DNA of 64,000 nucleotides, from positions 3,174,419 through 3,238,418 of the forward strand of contig MU058198.1 in assembly GCA_013265495.1 (NCBI GenBank), given 5' to 3'. The notes under the pieces are model-generated. The model was given only the letters and a program-made list of their open reading frames with translations, ran no database searches and was not told the origin of the DNA. Positions 13,291 through 27,130 of the stretch are shown here, piece after piece. The stretch is from Vicugna vicugna (taxonomy: Eukaryota). The translations under genes were made by a program, and so were the position numbers. Numbering within the stretch: position 1 is the stretch's first letter; each line of letters opens with the position of its first letter.

Positions 13291-16169
13291 GTGAGAGCCG
13301 CGCAGCGTCCCGCACCCCCGCCAGCCAGCGTCCACAGCCCGGCTCGGCCGCGCAGTCTGCACCACGATTTTCTGTGCCTCGGTGTCTTGGGTCAGATTTC
13401 CTAGAGGCAGAGCCTGAGACAGGAATGCGTGGAAGGCCCCATCAGTTATGAGGGACTCGCTTCAGGAAAGTTCTGTAAGGAGAGCAAGACAAGGAAAGAA
13501 GGAGGGGCTGAGGGATGTGGTCACAGGTGATGTCTAGGCCTCACCTGATCCGCCGAGAGGTCCAGACCATAACTGGCACCACAAAACTGTCCCCGCTTAA
13601 GCTGGGGGCTGGCCCCTTGTGCGTGTCCCCACCAGTCACTCTGGCTGTGCACCATTCCCAGGAGGATGGGGTGGGGTCTCCTGACTTCCCAGGCAAGGTG
13701 GGCAGGAGAAGGGGTGGCTGTGAGCCGTTAGCCTCCAACACCCAGCAGCTGGGGATCTGGGCGGGCACCCCTGGATCTACTGCCCTCAGTGTTCTCATCC
13801 CCAAAACAGGGGCAATAACTGTGCCCACCTCCTAGGCTCCGCGTGAAGAGTAAATGAGCTGGCTCATGTCAGCACTTAGATTGGGGCTCTGGGGGTGTCC
13901 ACGTCAATGCTCCTTTCCCCAGACAATCCCCAGTGTTGAGAGAATGGCAGAATGTTGAGGTCCTCTAACAAATGGTCCACGGATCTCCACCTCCTTCCCT
14001 CCCCAGCTTCTGACCATCCAAACCCTGGGCCTGAGAGCCAAGCTCTGTCCCCAGCTCTGGGGCAGCCAGCTGGGCACAGGCGGAGCTGAGGAGGCCCCAG
14101 GGTCCCCCCCTGGCCTCGTGGCCAGGCCTCCAGGTGTTGGGGGCACAGCACCTGGGCCCCGGCCAGTCCCGTTTCCCAGAGGTGCTGGTGTCCTCGTCTG
14201 GGCCTTCAAATTCCCACACTTCAGGCCTCTGGACAAAGGGACTTTTTGCTGAGTCTTGCTGCTTTGGGTGAGTGACAGGTTACTAGTTTCACCTTCCCTG
14301 GGACTGTGGTTTCAGCCCAACTCAGGCAACTCAGGAACCTTTGTGAACCTCTGTTGAGAATCTCCTGACAGTTACAGACCCTCTGTCCCCCAGAATGCAC
14401 AGGTACTCGTGGACGGGCACGTCGTAGGCAGTGTCAAGGTATCAAGGCCCACTGAGTAGGCAGAGCTGTACTCCTACAGGCGGAAGAGCTACCAGATGGT
14501 GTCCCCACTAACGGCACACGTCCTGCCTGGTGGGTGGCCGCCTGGCTGGCTGCAGGCTGGATTGCAACCCCTGTCTCTGGGTCAGGGGACTTGGTTCAGA
14601 GCACATTTGCCCAAACATTCCCAGCAGCTCTGCCTTTGGGTACCCAGTGGACTGCTGCCATGGCCGTAAGTTCATCTTTACTCTCTCAGCTGAAAGAGAC
14701 AGATGTAATACTGTAATTTCAAATAGATGGCCCGTCTGCTCGGTCAGAATACGCCCTGAAGTGAGAGTCAGGTGGGAAAGTGGGCTGGGTTAGGATCTGC
14801 CGTGATCTGCTGTCAGGTCCCTGGTGCCTAACGTGTGAGCTTTTCCCATTGGCTCCCAGGGCTCCAAGCCATGCATCCTGCACACAGCCCAGCCCCTAAA
14901 CTGCGCCGCCCGCTTCCTGGGCTGATCCAGGTCCCGAGGCCACCAGGCTGGGCTGGACCTACTGGAGATGGCCTGCTTGTTGCCAGGATGGTGCCCTCCA
15001 AAGCGAGTCGCATCTGGGTCACATGGATGGAGGGTGGTCCCCAAAGAGAAGATGACTGATGGGCAGGCAGAAAACCTGGTGTTGGCCACACAACTTCTGG
15101 GGCATGGCCATGGCTGAGGAGTAAGTCTAGCGAAGGGGTCAATGCCGGACCCTGCAGTTAGACCTCCGGGTTCAAATCCTTGCTCTGTCTTACAAGCTAT
15201 GTGATCTTGGACAAGCGTCCTAACCTTGATACACCTCCATTTTCCTTCTCCATAAAATAGGTGATAACAGTGCCTAGTCTACAGGGTTATTTTGAATATG
15301 AAATGTGTTGATATGCGTGACAGGCTGAAAATACTGATGGACGCAACATTGCTCTCATTAAACCCTCATTTGACAGGGAACTCATTCTTCAATAATAGTG
15401 CTAACATTTACTGAGCCCTTCTGATGGGCCAGGCACTATTCTTAGCACTTTGCATGTATGAAACCAGTTTAACCTTGCCACAAGCCCATGAGAAAGGTAC
15501 TATTATTTCCCCTCATTTTATATGACACAATCATGGCCCAGGGAGGTTAAGCAACGTCTCTGAGGTCACACAGCTGGTGAGTGGCAGAGGTGGCAGCCTG
15601 GGCCAGGCCCGCTTGCATCAGTCCACCACCTCATCAGAAACTGAGATCATCACCTTCCTTCCCCACCCACCCCTCCCAAGCCTATTCCTCCAGCCCTCGG
15701 CAGTCTGAGTGGAAGGTGGTGGCACAGAACCCCTAGTCCTCCTGTCTCACTCCCACAGCCGACCGGTTACACGCCTCCCTGAATCAGCCTGAGACTCAGT
15801 GCCAGGGGACACGTGCCTCTCTTTGCCTTCCTGGGGCCGGGCTCTAGACACTCTGGCCACCTCACTCTGTTTCTGACTTCATCCTCTCCCCCTCGGATGT
15901 AGCAAATGCTCAAGACGCAGCAGCTGCAGTTTTAGGAAAATGTGCACCACATTTGGACCCTGACACTAGACCGTCTGGATTTGAATGCCAGCCCTGTGTG
16001 TTGCCAGGCACGCTACTTAGCCTCTCTGTGCCTCTGTTTTCTCATCTGGAAAACAGGGATAGTGAAATGACCCCATAGGGCTCTCCTGGGGATTAAATGA
16101 GTTAACACAGATGAAGTGCTTAGAACAGTGCTAAGCAAGTGGTCAGAATTATAGGAGCATTTTAAAAAT

Positions 16170-17150
16170 ACTTTTTATTGTGTAATGATTTTAGATTTAT
16201 AGAAAAGTGCAAAGGTAGGACACAGAGTTCCCTGTACCCCTCATCCAGCTCCTCGTAACATTAACCTCTTCCGTCACTACCGTGATTTGTCAGAACTAAG
16301 ACACCTGCATGGGCACATCACTATTACATAAACTTAAGAACTGATTTTGTCAGCTTTCTCGGTGACCTTCTCTGGTTCAGGATCCCATGCGAGAGACCAC
16401 ACTGCTGTCAGTCTTAAGTCCCCTCTGGCTGGGACACTTTCTCACACTTCCTTGTTCTGGGTGACTGTGACCATTTCAGAGCACTGGTCGGGTGTTTTAT
16501 AAAGTCCTTGACCTGGGTTTATACAGATAAGATGGATTTGGGGGAAGAATGCCACCCAGGTGAGGTGCCCTCTCTGTCACATCGTATCGGGGTAAGTGTT
16601 AGCCCCACGACACCACCCATGATGTTGACCTTTCTCACTTGGTTAATGTGTTCTGTTTCGGGCTTCTCCGCTGCAAGCTAGCCACTTCCCCTCCTGTGCT
16701 CTTGTGTTGTGAAAGGGTCTCCAAGTTCAGCCCACACTCAGAGGGTGGGAGTCGGGGTGGCGGTGGCGGCCAGAGGAGAGGGAGACTAAACTCCACCTCT
16801 CTGGAGAGGGGAACATACACTATTTGCAATTCTTCTGTAGGGAGATTGGCCTCTTCTCCATTTGCTTATTTAGTCCATCATTTATTTAGACCGGTATGGA
16901 CTTGTGTATATTTGGGTTGTAATCCAATACCACACTATTTATTTTCTTACTCAAATTCTTCCAGCTTTGGCCACTGAGAGCTCCTTCAGTTGGCTCCTGT
17001 GTCCCTTTGGCATGTCCCCATCCATTTTTTTTTAAGTACTTCCTTACTTTCTGGCACTACCAGATACCCCAGTCTTAGAGTCTGCCATTTGTCTGAGGAG
17101 CCCCAGTTCCTTTCATGGGAGAATGGTATTTAGAAACCAAGATCTAGGCA
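16170..17150 (-). mobile_element. Ancient L1 (L1MC/ME-like) 3' end
   Basis: ttttagatttatagaaaag...tcagttggctcctgtgtccctttggcat...gaatggtatttagaaaccaagatct; a related fragment lies at ~340-590. Confidence 0.65.
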
Positions 17151-17159
17151 TATGTAAGT

Positions 17160-17193
17160 ATTATTATTAGTAGTAGTAGTAGTAGTAGTATCA

Positions 17194-17227
<34 letters not shown>

Positions 17228-17245
17228 CATCATCATCATCATCAC
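17160..17245. repeat. Compound trinucleotide microsatellite (TAG)n(TAT)n(CAT)n
   Basis: Directly visible. Confidence 0.95.
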
Positions 17246-18562
17246 TTCAGGATCAGGTAGCTAGTTTCTGCCCTGGGAAGCCTTTCCTGACCCCTACTAC
17301 ACAGTACTGCTCTTCTTATACTGCTTCCTGCTAGGATGCTCTGTTTCCCAGTCTTTTCCAGAGGCTTGCTGGTCTCTGTCTACAAGCCTAGCCCCTGTCC
17401 CAGGAAAGGTTTTTGGGAAGGGAAACGCCTAGTTCTGGAGCCAGAGGTGGCTGGGGCTGGGAGCAGCCTCTCCAGATTAAGAACATTATCAGCAAGCACA
17501 TAGTTGGCAAGACTAAGAGTGCAGCCCAGGACAGGAGGGGACCTGGTCACGCCCAGAGCTGCCTCCTACTCCTGAGCTATAGATGTCCCAGATGGTTCCT
17601 CCTTGGGAACACCACGTTCCCGCGCCCCTGGGGCGGGGTCTCTCCTCCCAGAGCAGTGCCCGGCTTCAGCCGGTTTGCCCTGCTCTGTTCCTTCCCTGTG
17701 GGCCTCAGCCCAGATCCCACAGCCCATGCAGAGGCTCTGTAGCGTGGGCCCAAAGCGATTTCTTTCATCTGGGCCTGGATCTGTGCCCCCTCTGCCTGGG
17801 GTGCCCTTTCTCCTCTCCACCCGTGAGACTACCTGTTATTCATCGTTAAAGTCTCAGCTCAGACCTCACCTCCTCCGAGAGCCCTGCCCTGACCCACTCC
17901 CCACCCCACCCCCACTCCTCCAGCCTTATCTCCGTCGATAGCCTTATCACGGCTTATAATTTATCCCACAAATATTTACTGAGTCTACTGAATGCCAGGT
18001 TCTGAGCTCAGAGGGGTGAGTTTGTTCAGTATTTCAATGTGCTTGGCTTCCAATCCTCACCTCGGTCCTTTTGGGTGGGTGCTGTTGTGGCCCTGGTGTT
18101 ACAGGTGGGGAAACAAGGCACAGAGAGGTGCAGTAACTTCCCCAAGCTCACCAGCTAGTAAACGACAGAGCTGGAGTTCAAATTCAGACAGGCTGGCTCC
18201 CGGGGTCTGAGCTCTTAGCCTCTAAATTCTTTCTCCCTGCAGATAGACAGCTGCCCTCACTGTGACTGTGTCTAAAACAGGAGGCAGCTGATAAGTAAGC
18301 AATTAAATGAAGAAGATGTTTTCGGCTTTTGACACATGCCTTCAAGGGAGTAAGCAGGTGGAAATGAACAAGCCACTGGGTAGTAACTTCGCACAGGGAG
18401 GTCAGGGGAGGTCTCAGAGCAGGATGAGGAGAAATCGGTACTTTGAAAGAGATGCTCAGAGAATATTCCAGGCACAAGGAGCAGTGCCCTTGAACTTGGA
18501 AACATCTTGGAGTGCCTCTGGAGTATAATGAACAGCAGGGAGAAAGCCAAGTAGGGTGTCTG

Positions 18563-18657
18563 TATTTTATTTTATTTTCTGAATGGGGATACTGGGGGTT
18601 GAACCCAGGACCTCGTGCATGATAAACATAAGCTCTACCACTGAGATATACCCACCC
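18563..18657 (-). mobile_element. tRNA-Ala-derived SINE (Vic-1-like), short
   Basis: actgggggttgaacccaggacctcgtgcatg...ctctaccactgag. Confidence 0.85.
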
Positions 18658-19417
18658 ACTGCGTTTTATTCTGTGGCAGCAAGGAGCTTCTGGAAGGTTC
18701 TAGCAGGGGGATGCCGTGGGCTGTTTAAAACAATCGTCCTGACGCTGTGCAGGAGGAAAACTGTAAGGGAGCAAGAGTGAAAGCTCTTGCTTTGTGTAAG
18801 GGAGCAGAGGCTCCTGCAGGAATCCAGGTAGGAGCTGCTGGTGGCCTGGACGGGGTGGGAGCCTTAGAGATGGATGGAGGTGGGCAGGCCGGAGACCGTG
18901 TCGGAAGGAGAGAGTCGCCGTGATGCCCTGCAGGTCCTCCTCGATGCCATGAGCTTCCAGGGCAGGACTGTCTTGTCTGTCTCAGTGTCGCCAGCCCAGT
19001 GCCCGCCTCAATAAATGTTTGTTGGGTGAAGAAAGGCGGTTTCGTCCTGATTTCCCTTTCACTGTTGAGGACACCAAAGCTCAAAGGTTGAGTAAGTAGC
19101 TCACATGTGTCGGGCGGGCAGGGTCAGCTCCCAGATCAGATTTCACTGCCTGCCTGGGACCCACCTTGTTCTGCTGGCGCAGAGGGTGAGACAAAAGATC
19201 GAGGAAATGGCTTCCTAATCGGAACATCGGGACAAGTAGCAGCTGACCTCCTGGGGTTATTCTGAGGATTAAAGAGGCGAACGTGCACGAAATCGAGCAG
19301 TAAATCTTACAGGAGGGAAGACTTAGAAAGGACAACATTTCCACTGATGTTTCTGCATTTCCGTTGGTGCCCTGAGTCCCATTCCTTCCTGTTTTTAATA
19401 AAATAAGAAGATATTTT

Positions 19418-19540
19418 TTTCAACATTTTTTCAGGGGAGGTAATTAGGTTTGTTTACTTTAATGGAGGTACTGGGGATTGAACCTAGGACCTCGTGCATG
19501 CTAGGCAGGCACCCTGGCACTGAGCTCATACCCTCCCCGC
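19418..19540 (-). mobile_element. tRNA-Ala-derived SINE (Vic-1-like) with TSD
   Basis: TSD aagaagaYatttt at 19405-19417 and 19541-19553. Confidence 0.88.
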
Positions 19541-20934
19541 AAGAAGACATTTTCAAAGCTATTTCTAATGAAGACTTGAGAACATACACACAGATAGAAT
19601 AGGGTAGAATGAACTCACATTGACCTGCCATTCAGATCCACTAAGCCTGGTGCACAGCCTGTCCTGTGTTGTTTATGCTACAGCAAATCCCAGACATCAT
19701 AGTATTTGATCTGTTCGGTGTTCAGAATGTATCTATGAACAAGAGAGACTTTTCCCTGAACAGAACTGCAATACCATTATCCTACTTGGGAAAGAAAATG
19801 GACAGTGATTTCTCAATCCCATCAACTATCAGTGAGTGTCAGGCTTGTGTGTGTGTGTGTGTGTGTGTGTTTGTGCTGTATTACAGCTTTTTTTAAAATT
19901 GAAGGACAGTTAATGTCATATTTTTTTTGTTTGCTTGTTTGAATCAGGATCCGTTGTAACTGTAACCACATGTTTGAAGTTTCTTTCAATCTGTAGGTTG
20001 CCTCCCTTCCCCTCTCACCATTTATCCATTGAGGAAACTGGGTTATGTATCCTGTGGAGTCTGGGTTTTCCAGGCTGACTTTCTGTGGTGCTTTTGACCT
20101 TGTTCCTCTGTCTCTAGTATTTGCTGTAAACGGTAGAGACAGGTGCTCGAGCCTGTTCAAGGCTGGGGTTTGTTGTTGTTGTTTTGTTTGTTTGCGGGTA
20201 AGGTCACTTCCCAGGCAGGCTGTCCATCAGGACACACCTGGCATTGGTCACCACTGGTACACGTTGTCCAAAACCATTTATTCATTGAGAGTGCAAAGTG
20301 TGACCCTCAGTTGTGTCTGTCCCTCTTCAGTTATTAGCCAGATGAAACCAGAACTCTCTTAACAGCCATTTTGCAAAAAAAAAAAAAAGTCAGGTGAAGG
20401 GAGCCATAGATTAAAAGAGATTTAAAAGGCATATCTAAGCAATTACGTGACAATGACATTTGATCCCAATTTAAACAAATAAATTGTAAAACCAAAATTG
20501 ACCTTTATGAGATAATATAAGCTGAATATTAAGAATTTTTATAGTTATTTTTAATATAGTAATAGTTTTTTTTGAGAGTTCTTTTAGAGATACATATAGA
20601 AATGTTTACAAATAAGATTATGATATCTGAGATTCGATTCAAAGTAGCACAGGAGGGAGAGTGGGAGGTGGGTCGAGATGACATATGACTGGCCGCAGGG
20701 TGACGATTGTTGAAGCTGCTGGTGGGCTTCATTCTCTCGACTTTTTATGTTTGTGAAGTTCCATATTAACTGAATTTTTTAACACCTTTATTGTGGTGTG
20801 ACTCCTGTACAGTAAACTATACATATTTCAGATGTACAATTTGATGAATTTTGATAGATGTATACACCCATGAAACCACCACCACAATCAAGATAGCTGA
20901 CATTTCCATCACTCCCCAAGAGGTGCAATTTTTG

Positions 20935-21245
20935 AATTCCCAATTTATCCTTTCCCACCCTCTTTACCTCCTGGTAACCATAAGTTTGTTCTCTATGTCT
21001 GTGTGTCTGTTTCTGTTTTGTAGATAAGTTCATTTGTGTCCTTTTTTAAAATTCCACATATAAGTGATATCATATGGTATTTTTCTTTCTCTTTCTGGCT
21101 TACTTCACTTAGAATGACGATCTCCAGGTCCATCCATGTTGCTGCATATGGCGTTATTTTATTCTTTTTTATGGCAGAGTAGTATTCCATTGTGTATACA
21201 TGTACACCACATCTTCTTTATCCAGTCATCTGTCAATGGACATCA
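20935..21245 (-). mobile_element. Younger L1 3'-region fragment next to older L1 remnants
   Basis: Encodes MEYYSAIKKNKITPYAATWMDLEIVILSEVSQKEKEKYHMISLICG (L1 ORF2 C-terminal region). Confidence 0.85.
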
Positions 21246-21567
21246 ACTGAATTTTTTGAAACTATATTATACTATCATTACTTCCATGAGCATCCTTACG
21301 CAAACATTTTGTGTTGTTCTCGAGTTATTTCCTTAGGAAACATTGCCATGACATGAGGCAGGACCCTAGATAGGGCTCTTCACACCTCGTTTTGAAGTTC
21401 TCTCTTTCCCGGCCTCTGCTTGCACCCTCTCCTGATTCAACCTCCCTGCCCAACCCCCCATCTCTGTCCACTTCCCTCTTTACCTGTGTTTCCAAGGTCC
21501 CCTGTCTGGATCCTGCCAGCTCCTTGGAGTAAACACTGTCTGGAGCTGCCCCCTCTCTCTTACGATC

Positions 21568-22007
21568 TGTTATTTCCCTGTTGCCGCTGTAACAAATGAC
21601 CACAAACTGGGTGGCTTAAAACAACAGAAATGTGCTCTTTCACAGAGGAGGTGAGACGTCGGAAATCAAGGCATTAGCAGGACCAGGCTCCCTCCAAAGG
21701 CTCCGGGCGAGAATCCTTTCTTGCCTTGTCTAGCATGTGATGGGCCCACGTGTTCCTGGACTGCTGTCTGCGTAACCCCAGCCTCTGCCTCCGTCTGCAC
21801 GTGGCTTCTCCTCTAGACCTGTGTCTCCTCTTCTGTCTCTTAGAAGGACATTTGTGGTTGGATTTAAGGCCCACGTGGATAATCCAGGCTGATCTCATCT
21901 CAAGATCCTTAATTACATCTGCAAATACCAAATAAGGTCACATTCACAGGTCCCTGGGGCTAGGACGTGGACATACCTCTTTTGGGAGCCACCCTTCAAT
22001 CCACTTC
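21568..22007 (-). mobile_element. MaLR LTR (MLT1C/D-like), near full length
   Basis: gctgtaacaaatgaccacaaactgggtggcttaaaacaacagaaat...gatccttaattacatctgcaaa...aaggtcacattcacagg. Confidence 0.85.
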
Positions 22008-22339
22008 ATGGCTTACAGGACCCCGTATGTGAGACAAATGAGAACATCAAATAAGCTTCTTTTTCTAATTTATGGTTAAGCCAGAGGGTCTAAGCTCCAA
22101 CCCCAGAGAGACTCCGTCCACCCCTCTTTCACAAGGGAGTCTGGGGATCTCCTCTCTGGCTGGTGCGTGGGCGCAGGGGGATGGACAGACTGACCTGTTG
22201 CTCACCTGTCCCTTCCTGAGCCTCCCTGAGCAGTAGGCTTGCAGACCCCCTCTGCCACAAGCCCTGGGTGGCATGGTCAGGGGAGGCACGGCTGGGGTGC
22301 AGGTGGGCCCTGACCCCCAGCTGATGGTGTTTTTTCCAG

Positions 22340-22443
22340 GAACTTCACACCCATCTTCCACCCTGATTATGGCAACTGTTACATCTTCAACTGGGGCATG
22401 ACTGAGAAGGCCCTCCTTTCATCCAACCCTGGAGCTGAGTTTG
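22340..22443 (+). CDS. SCNN1B: SCNN1B coding exon 4 (human exon 5)
   Basis: ttccag|[34 protein letters not shown](G)|gtaagt; 104 nt; contains the ENaC GNCYxFN motif. Confidence 0.97.
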
Positions 22444-24286
22444 GTAAGTCCTGGTTTGTCCTGGGGCCAGAGCGTGAGGCTGAAAGACCGAATTAACCAT
22501 CAGCTGTCGAGGGGCAGGACCGAGGTCAGATGGAGGAGGCACGTGGAGGAGCAGCCGTGGGGCAGGGGGCAGATGGCTTCTCAGTCCCCTCACCCAACAC
22601 TTGTGAATCCCTGGGGTAGTGACTGGTGTGCCCATTTTGCTGATGAGAAAAGCGAGGAAGCAGTCAGTGTAGTGGTTGGGAGTGCAGGCTTTTGTGACCG
22701 GGTGGAATCCCAGCTGGACTGTTTACGCCCCTGGTGAGCCTGAGCTGAGACTTAACTTCCCGAAGCCTTCGTTTTCCGCATGGTACAGAGCAGAGCGCAG
22801 AGTATACATGTGGTCGAACTATCGTGACCTAATGCAGGTAAACCTCTCAGCACAGGCTTGGCAAGGAGCATATGCTCAATATATGCGGATATTTGAAGTT
22901 TTAAATAACTTGCCCAAGATCACACAATCAGCCCAGGCAGAGCCCTTGTTCTCAGCCTCGTTTCTGTGCAATTCTCGAGCAAGACAGACAGAGGTTGAAG
23001 CAGTGATTGGAGGTGAGGAAGTGGGGAGGGGATGAGGGCAGAGGCTGCGTCTCAGGAGAAAGGCTGGTGGACTCAGCTCAGCTGTGACTCTGGGGCTGTG
23101 AGTGGGCACAGGGACAATGAGGGGAGCAAAGCCTTCCTTCCCTGTTAGATTCTGACCTCCCCAGCCACCAAGAGGCAGTGTCAAAAAAAAAAAAAAAAAA
23201 GAGGCATGTCATTCAGCAACTGTCGGAACTGCTGGTCAAGAGGGTCGCGTGTGGGCTGCTTGCCCTTCACCCGCCCCTGTGCCCTTGAAGACACTGTATC
23301 ACAGAGGTGCCGGTCACCTCACTTTACAAGGGAAGATGATTAAGATCAAGGAGACTGGCTGCCTGTTTGGAAGTTCCTCAACTCCCACTTCCTCACTGGG
23401 TGGCCTCAGACAAGTCCCTTCACCTCTTTGTGCCTCCGTTTTCCTCATCTGTAAAGTGGGGACAATAATAGTACCTACCTCATATGCCTCTTGTGAGCAC
23501 CAGTGAGATCGTGTAGATAAAGCCCTTAGCCCGGTACTTAGCATGCAGCAGGTGCTCGATAGATGCTCGCTGCCTTGTCCTAACCACCTGCCCAGTCCCA
23601 TGGTGCATAAAACACTGAGTCTGGTCGCTGCTCTCAAGAAGGGAACAGTTGAATGGGGAAGGAAGACAGATAATAAAAGAAGAACCTCAAGAGGGAGGCA
23701 GGTACTTGGAAGGAACGTTCCAGGGCCAGGAGAACATACAACAAAGAACCTGAGACCCAGACTCGGTAGTGAGGGAGGGCTTCTGGAGGAAGTGACACGT
23801 GGGCTGAAATCTGAAGGAAGACCAGGAGTTTCTAGGTGAAAGGTGAGGGTGGAGACAGCACTCCACAGTGAAGGAACGGCATTTGCGAAAGGGAACAGCA
23901 TTTGCAAAAGGGAACAGTATTTGCAAAGGCCCAACAGCAGGAAGGAGCATGGATGCTCAGGGGATTAAATGGAGAGAATGAGGACCCGTGTGGTTTGAGG
24001 AGGGGCCAGCTGTGCTGTGCCCCCAGATCTACCCACCACGTGGAAAAGAGATCATGGGGGCAGGGTGGGGGGTACAAGGAGCCCAGTGAGGAGACCGTGG
24101 TGGCTTGGGCTAGGATGGCGGCCTTAGAGGCAGCGAGAAATCTGGATTCTCATAAAGAGGAGCCAGCTTCCTGTGCAGACCCTGGAGGTCCCCTTGGCTG
24201 GAGGGGGCTTGGACAAGTGGGTGGTGGGTCTCCCTGCAGCCTGGGAGAGGGCACTCAGGCAGCCCTCGGCCTCCTGTTCCCCTCAG

Positions 24287-24450
24287 GCCTGAAGCTGATC
24301 CTGGACATGGGCCAGGAAGACTACGTACCCTTCCTCACGTCCACGGCCGGCGCCCGGCTGATGCTGCACGAGCAGAGGTCGTACCCCTTCATCAAAGACG
24401 AGGGCATCTACGCCATGTCGGGGACGGAGACGTCCATCGGGGTGATGGTG
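24287..24450 (+). CDS. SCNN1B: SCNN1B coding exon 5 (human exon 6)
   Basis: cctcag|(G)[54 protein letters not shown]|gtacgg; 164 nt. Confidence 0.97.
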
Positions 24451-24725
24451 GTACGGCCGCAGCCCAAGGGCAGCCTGCTCGCCCGGAGCCCACCTCCCAT
24501 GGTCTGAGAGGAGGGGACCTGGGCCTCCCCCAGCCCTGCGCCTCCTCACTGGCCACACCTGCCATGCCTTCTGGCTGGAACCCCACTCCAGCTGGCCATG
24601 CTCTGGGCTGCTGGGGCCTTGGCCTCCATCCACTCAGCATCCCCTAGACCCACAAGCTTGATGGGCGGGGGGACGGGGAGGCTTCAGGGGGTGACCAGGG
24701 CCCCCACAGACCACCTCTCACACAG

Positions 24726-24833
24726 GACAGGCTGCAGCGCAAGGGCGAGCCTTACAGCCAATGCACCGTGAACGGCTCCGATGTCCCCATCCGAAACCTC
24801 TACAGCTACTACAACACGACCTACTCCATCCAG
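24726..24833 (+). CDS. SCNN1B: SCNN1B coding exon 6 (human exon 7)
   Basis: cacag|[36 protein letters not shown]|gtggga; 108 nt. Confidence 0.96.
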
Positions 24834-27130
24834 GTGGGACGATGGTGCAGCCCCCCAACCCCGGGGCCCCGGCCACGTCTCCCTGGCCTGAAGCCTGAGG
24901 GTGCTGGGCAAGCTGGTGCCCGTAGGGCGGGCTCTGGTGGATCTTCGTAACCTCAGGGGCCTGGGGAGCCATTCTAGTCCTGGTTGTCACCAGGGCCCAG
25001 GGACTTCTTGCCCCACTTGGCAGGTGTGCCCTTGGGGGTGCCCAGAGTGCTAGAGATCTCACTCTGGAGTCTCCCAAGAAGAGCCCTGTGTGTGTTAAGG
25101 GTTAACATGGATTACACCATCATTTGGTCCTTTCAATTCTCCTACGAGGCAGTAAGATACTAACAATTAGTATATCATCAGTATAGTAACAATACTAATT
25201 ATTAATTATTATTGTTAATGCTTATTAATAGCATTTATTATATATATTATTTATTATAAGAATTATTAACATACTAAATATATAACATACATATATATAT
25301 ATACACATACACATATATAAAATCATTTAATCCTCACAACAACCCTGAGCTGTAGATACCAGGAATGAGGTAACTGGGATTTACGGACCCCAGTCCAAAA
25401 TGCCTCATCGATGTACCTGAGGAGTCCCGCCTTGTGTCTGGCTTTAAACCTCCTTGCAGCTGGGGGCTCCCCTCTTGTCTTGATCTCCAAGGTCAGCCCG
25501 GGAGGCCTGGCCTCAAACCTGACCCCAGTGGAGAGGACAGACTGAATCTTTGCAAAGGTGACAAAAGTGACCACTTGCTGCCACTGTCTCTGCCAGCCCA
25601 GTCTGCTTTGGAGGATAAGGAAACTGAGGCATGACAAGGGCGCAGCCTGCTGCCTGCCCCTGTTCTGAGAGCCCCGAGCAGGGGGTGGTTTTCTCTTCTG
25701 CCTTAGTCACAGGAATCCACCCTCCCCTGTGCCCACCTGCCTGCCCACTCCGTCCCGCTGACCCCGTGAGTCCCATACTCTGACTCTCCTGTCTGGAGGG
25801 GCTTTGCCTGCGACGGAGAACTCAAGGAATCTCCCAGCCTCTGGCGGGTAGATGGACAGACAGGGCTGCACAGGGAGGTGGGGAGCACAGAGAAGGAGGC
25901 CGCGGAGGCACCAGCCCAGCCCTGGAGAGCTCGTTCCAGAGAAACCTCAGTTCTTGCTTTGTCCAGGGCAGGCGCCTCTCTGGCCAGAGACCTTGGCAAA
26001 GACCCAGGCCCTGGTCAGTTGCTCTGGCTGCCCGCCCCCGCCTCACCGTGCCCCACCCTGTCTCACCTTGCCCCAGCCTCAGTCAGGCCCCAGAGAGGAC
26101 TCCTACTTTTCAGGAGGTCTGGGAGAATGTGAGACACTTGCCCGAGGTCAGAGCTGCTCTGACCCCACTTCCCCCCACCTCGACCCCCAACTCCCCCCTC
26201 CTGGCTGTGCCATTTAATCGGCCACCGCCCCCACCTCCTCCTGCAGGGAGCCCGCAGGATGTGTTAGCCTGGGAAGGAGCGGGCAGGAGGGGCGGTCGAG
26301 CAAACGTGGGCTCCGTGGCTGAGCCTGGAGCTGAGCCTGGCGGGTGGGGCAGCGCCGGGGTGGGAGCCAGGAGTCTCCAGAGGCCGGACTTGGGAACCTG
26401 GACAGTGGAGACGTGAGGAACAGCAGCTTCCAGTGCCCAGCGGCAAGCTGACTTCCCCGCCTTACCTGATAGGAGCCGCCAGAGTAAACGGGCTCGGGGA
26501 CTAAGACCGGCCCCGCGACACGTAGCTCCTTTCTGAGTGGACTGAAACCAGGTCCGAGTGACCTGAAAACCCAGTAAGAGCAGAGTCACCACATCCAGCC
26601 CTGGGGGTGCCGCGTCCACCCTTCTCCCTACCCGCCTCCCAACCAGGGGACATTCTGTAGAACATCACTTCCTCTTCCATCGCGCTGAGCATTCAGAGAT
26701 CACCTTGCCTTCCCTGAGGGTTTCCCTCCAGGAAGAAGGAACACGGAGCAAGCCTGCCTGTCTTCCCTTCTGGGCCCTTCCATGTACCCGGGCTCAGGAG
26801 GCTGCTGCTCCCAGAGCAGGAGCTCCCTAAGAGTTAGCTTCAGTGTTGGAACAAGCCACCCCTCCCCACGTCATCTGGGGGGCCCCGACTCTGAAAGGTG
26901 AGGTCAGGGGGCATCCTCAGAGAGCTGCGGCCCAGCCAGTCTGTGGGGTTCAGGGCCGGGGCAGGACAGCTGCCCCCAACTGCGGGGGGCAGCTCGGCCA
27001 CCTCACCATTGCTTCTTAGCGGGAGGGGCATCCCCTCCCCCGGACCCCCCAGCTCCCTGGGCCCTTCCCCCGGGGGCTGGGGCGGGGACCTCACCGGTCA
27101 CATCTCATTCTCTGTACACCCCCACCCCAG

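Noticed and set aside
12488..13315. 275-aa minus-strand ORF
   Set aside because: Antisense shadow of a GC-rich SCNN1B exon plus low-complexity GT-rich intron; no recognisable protein.
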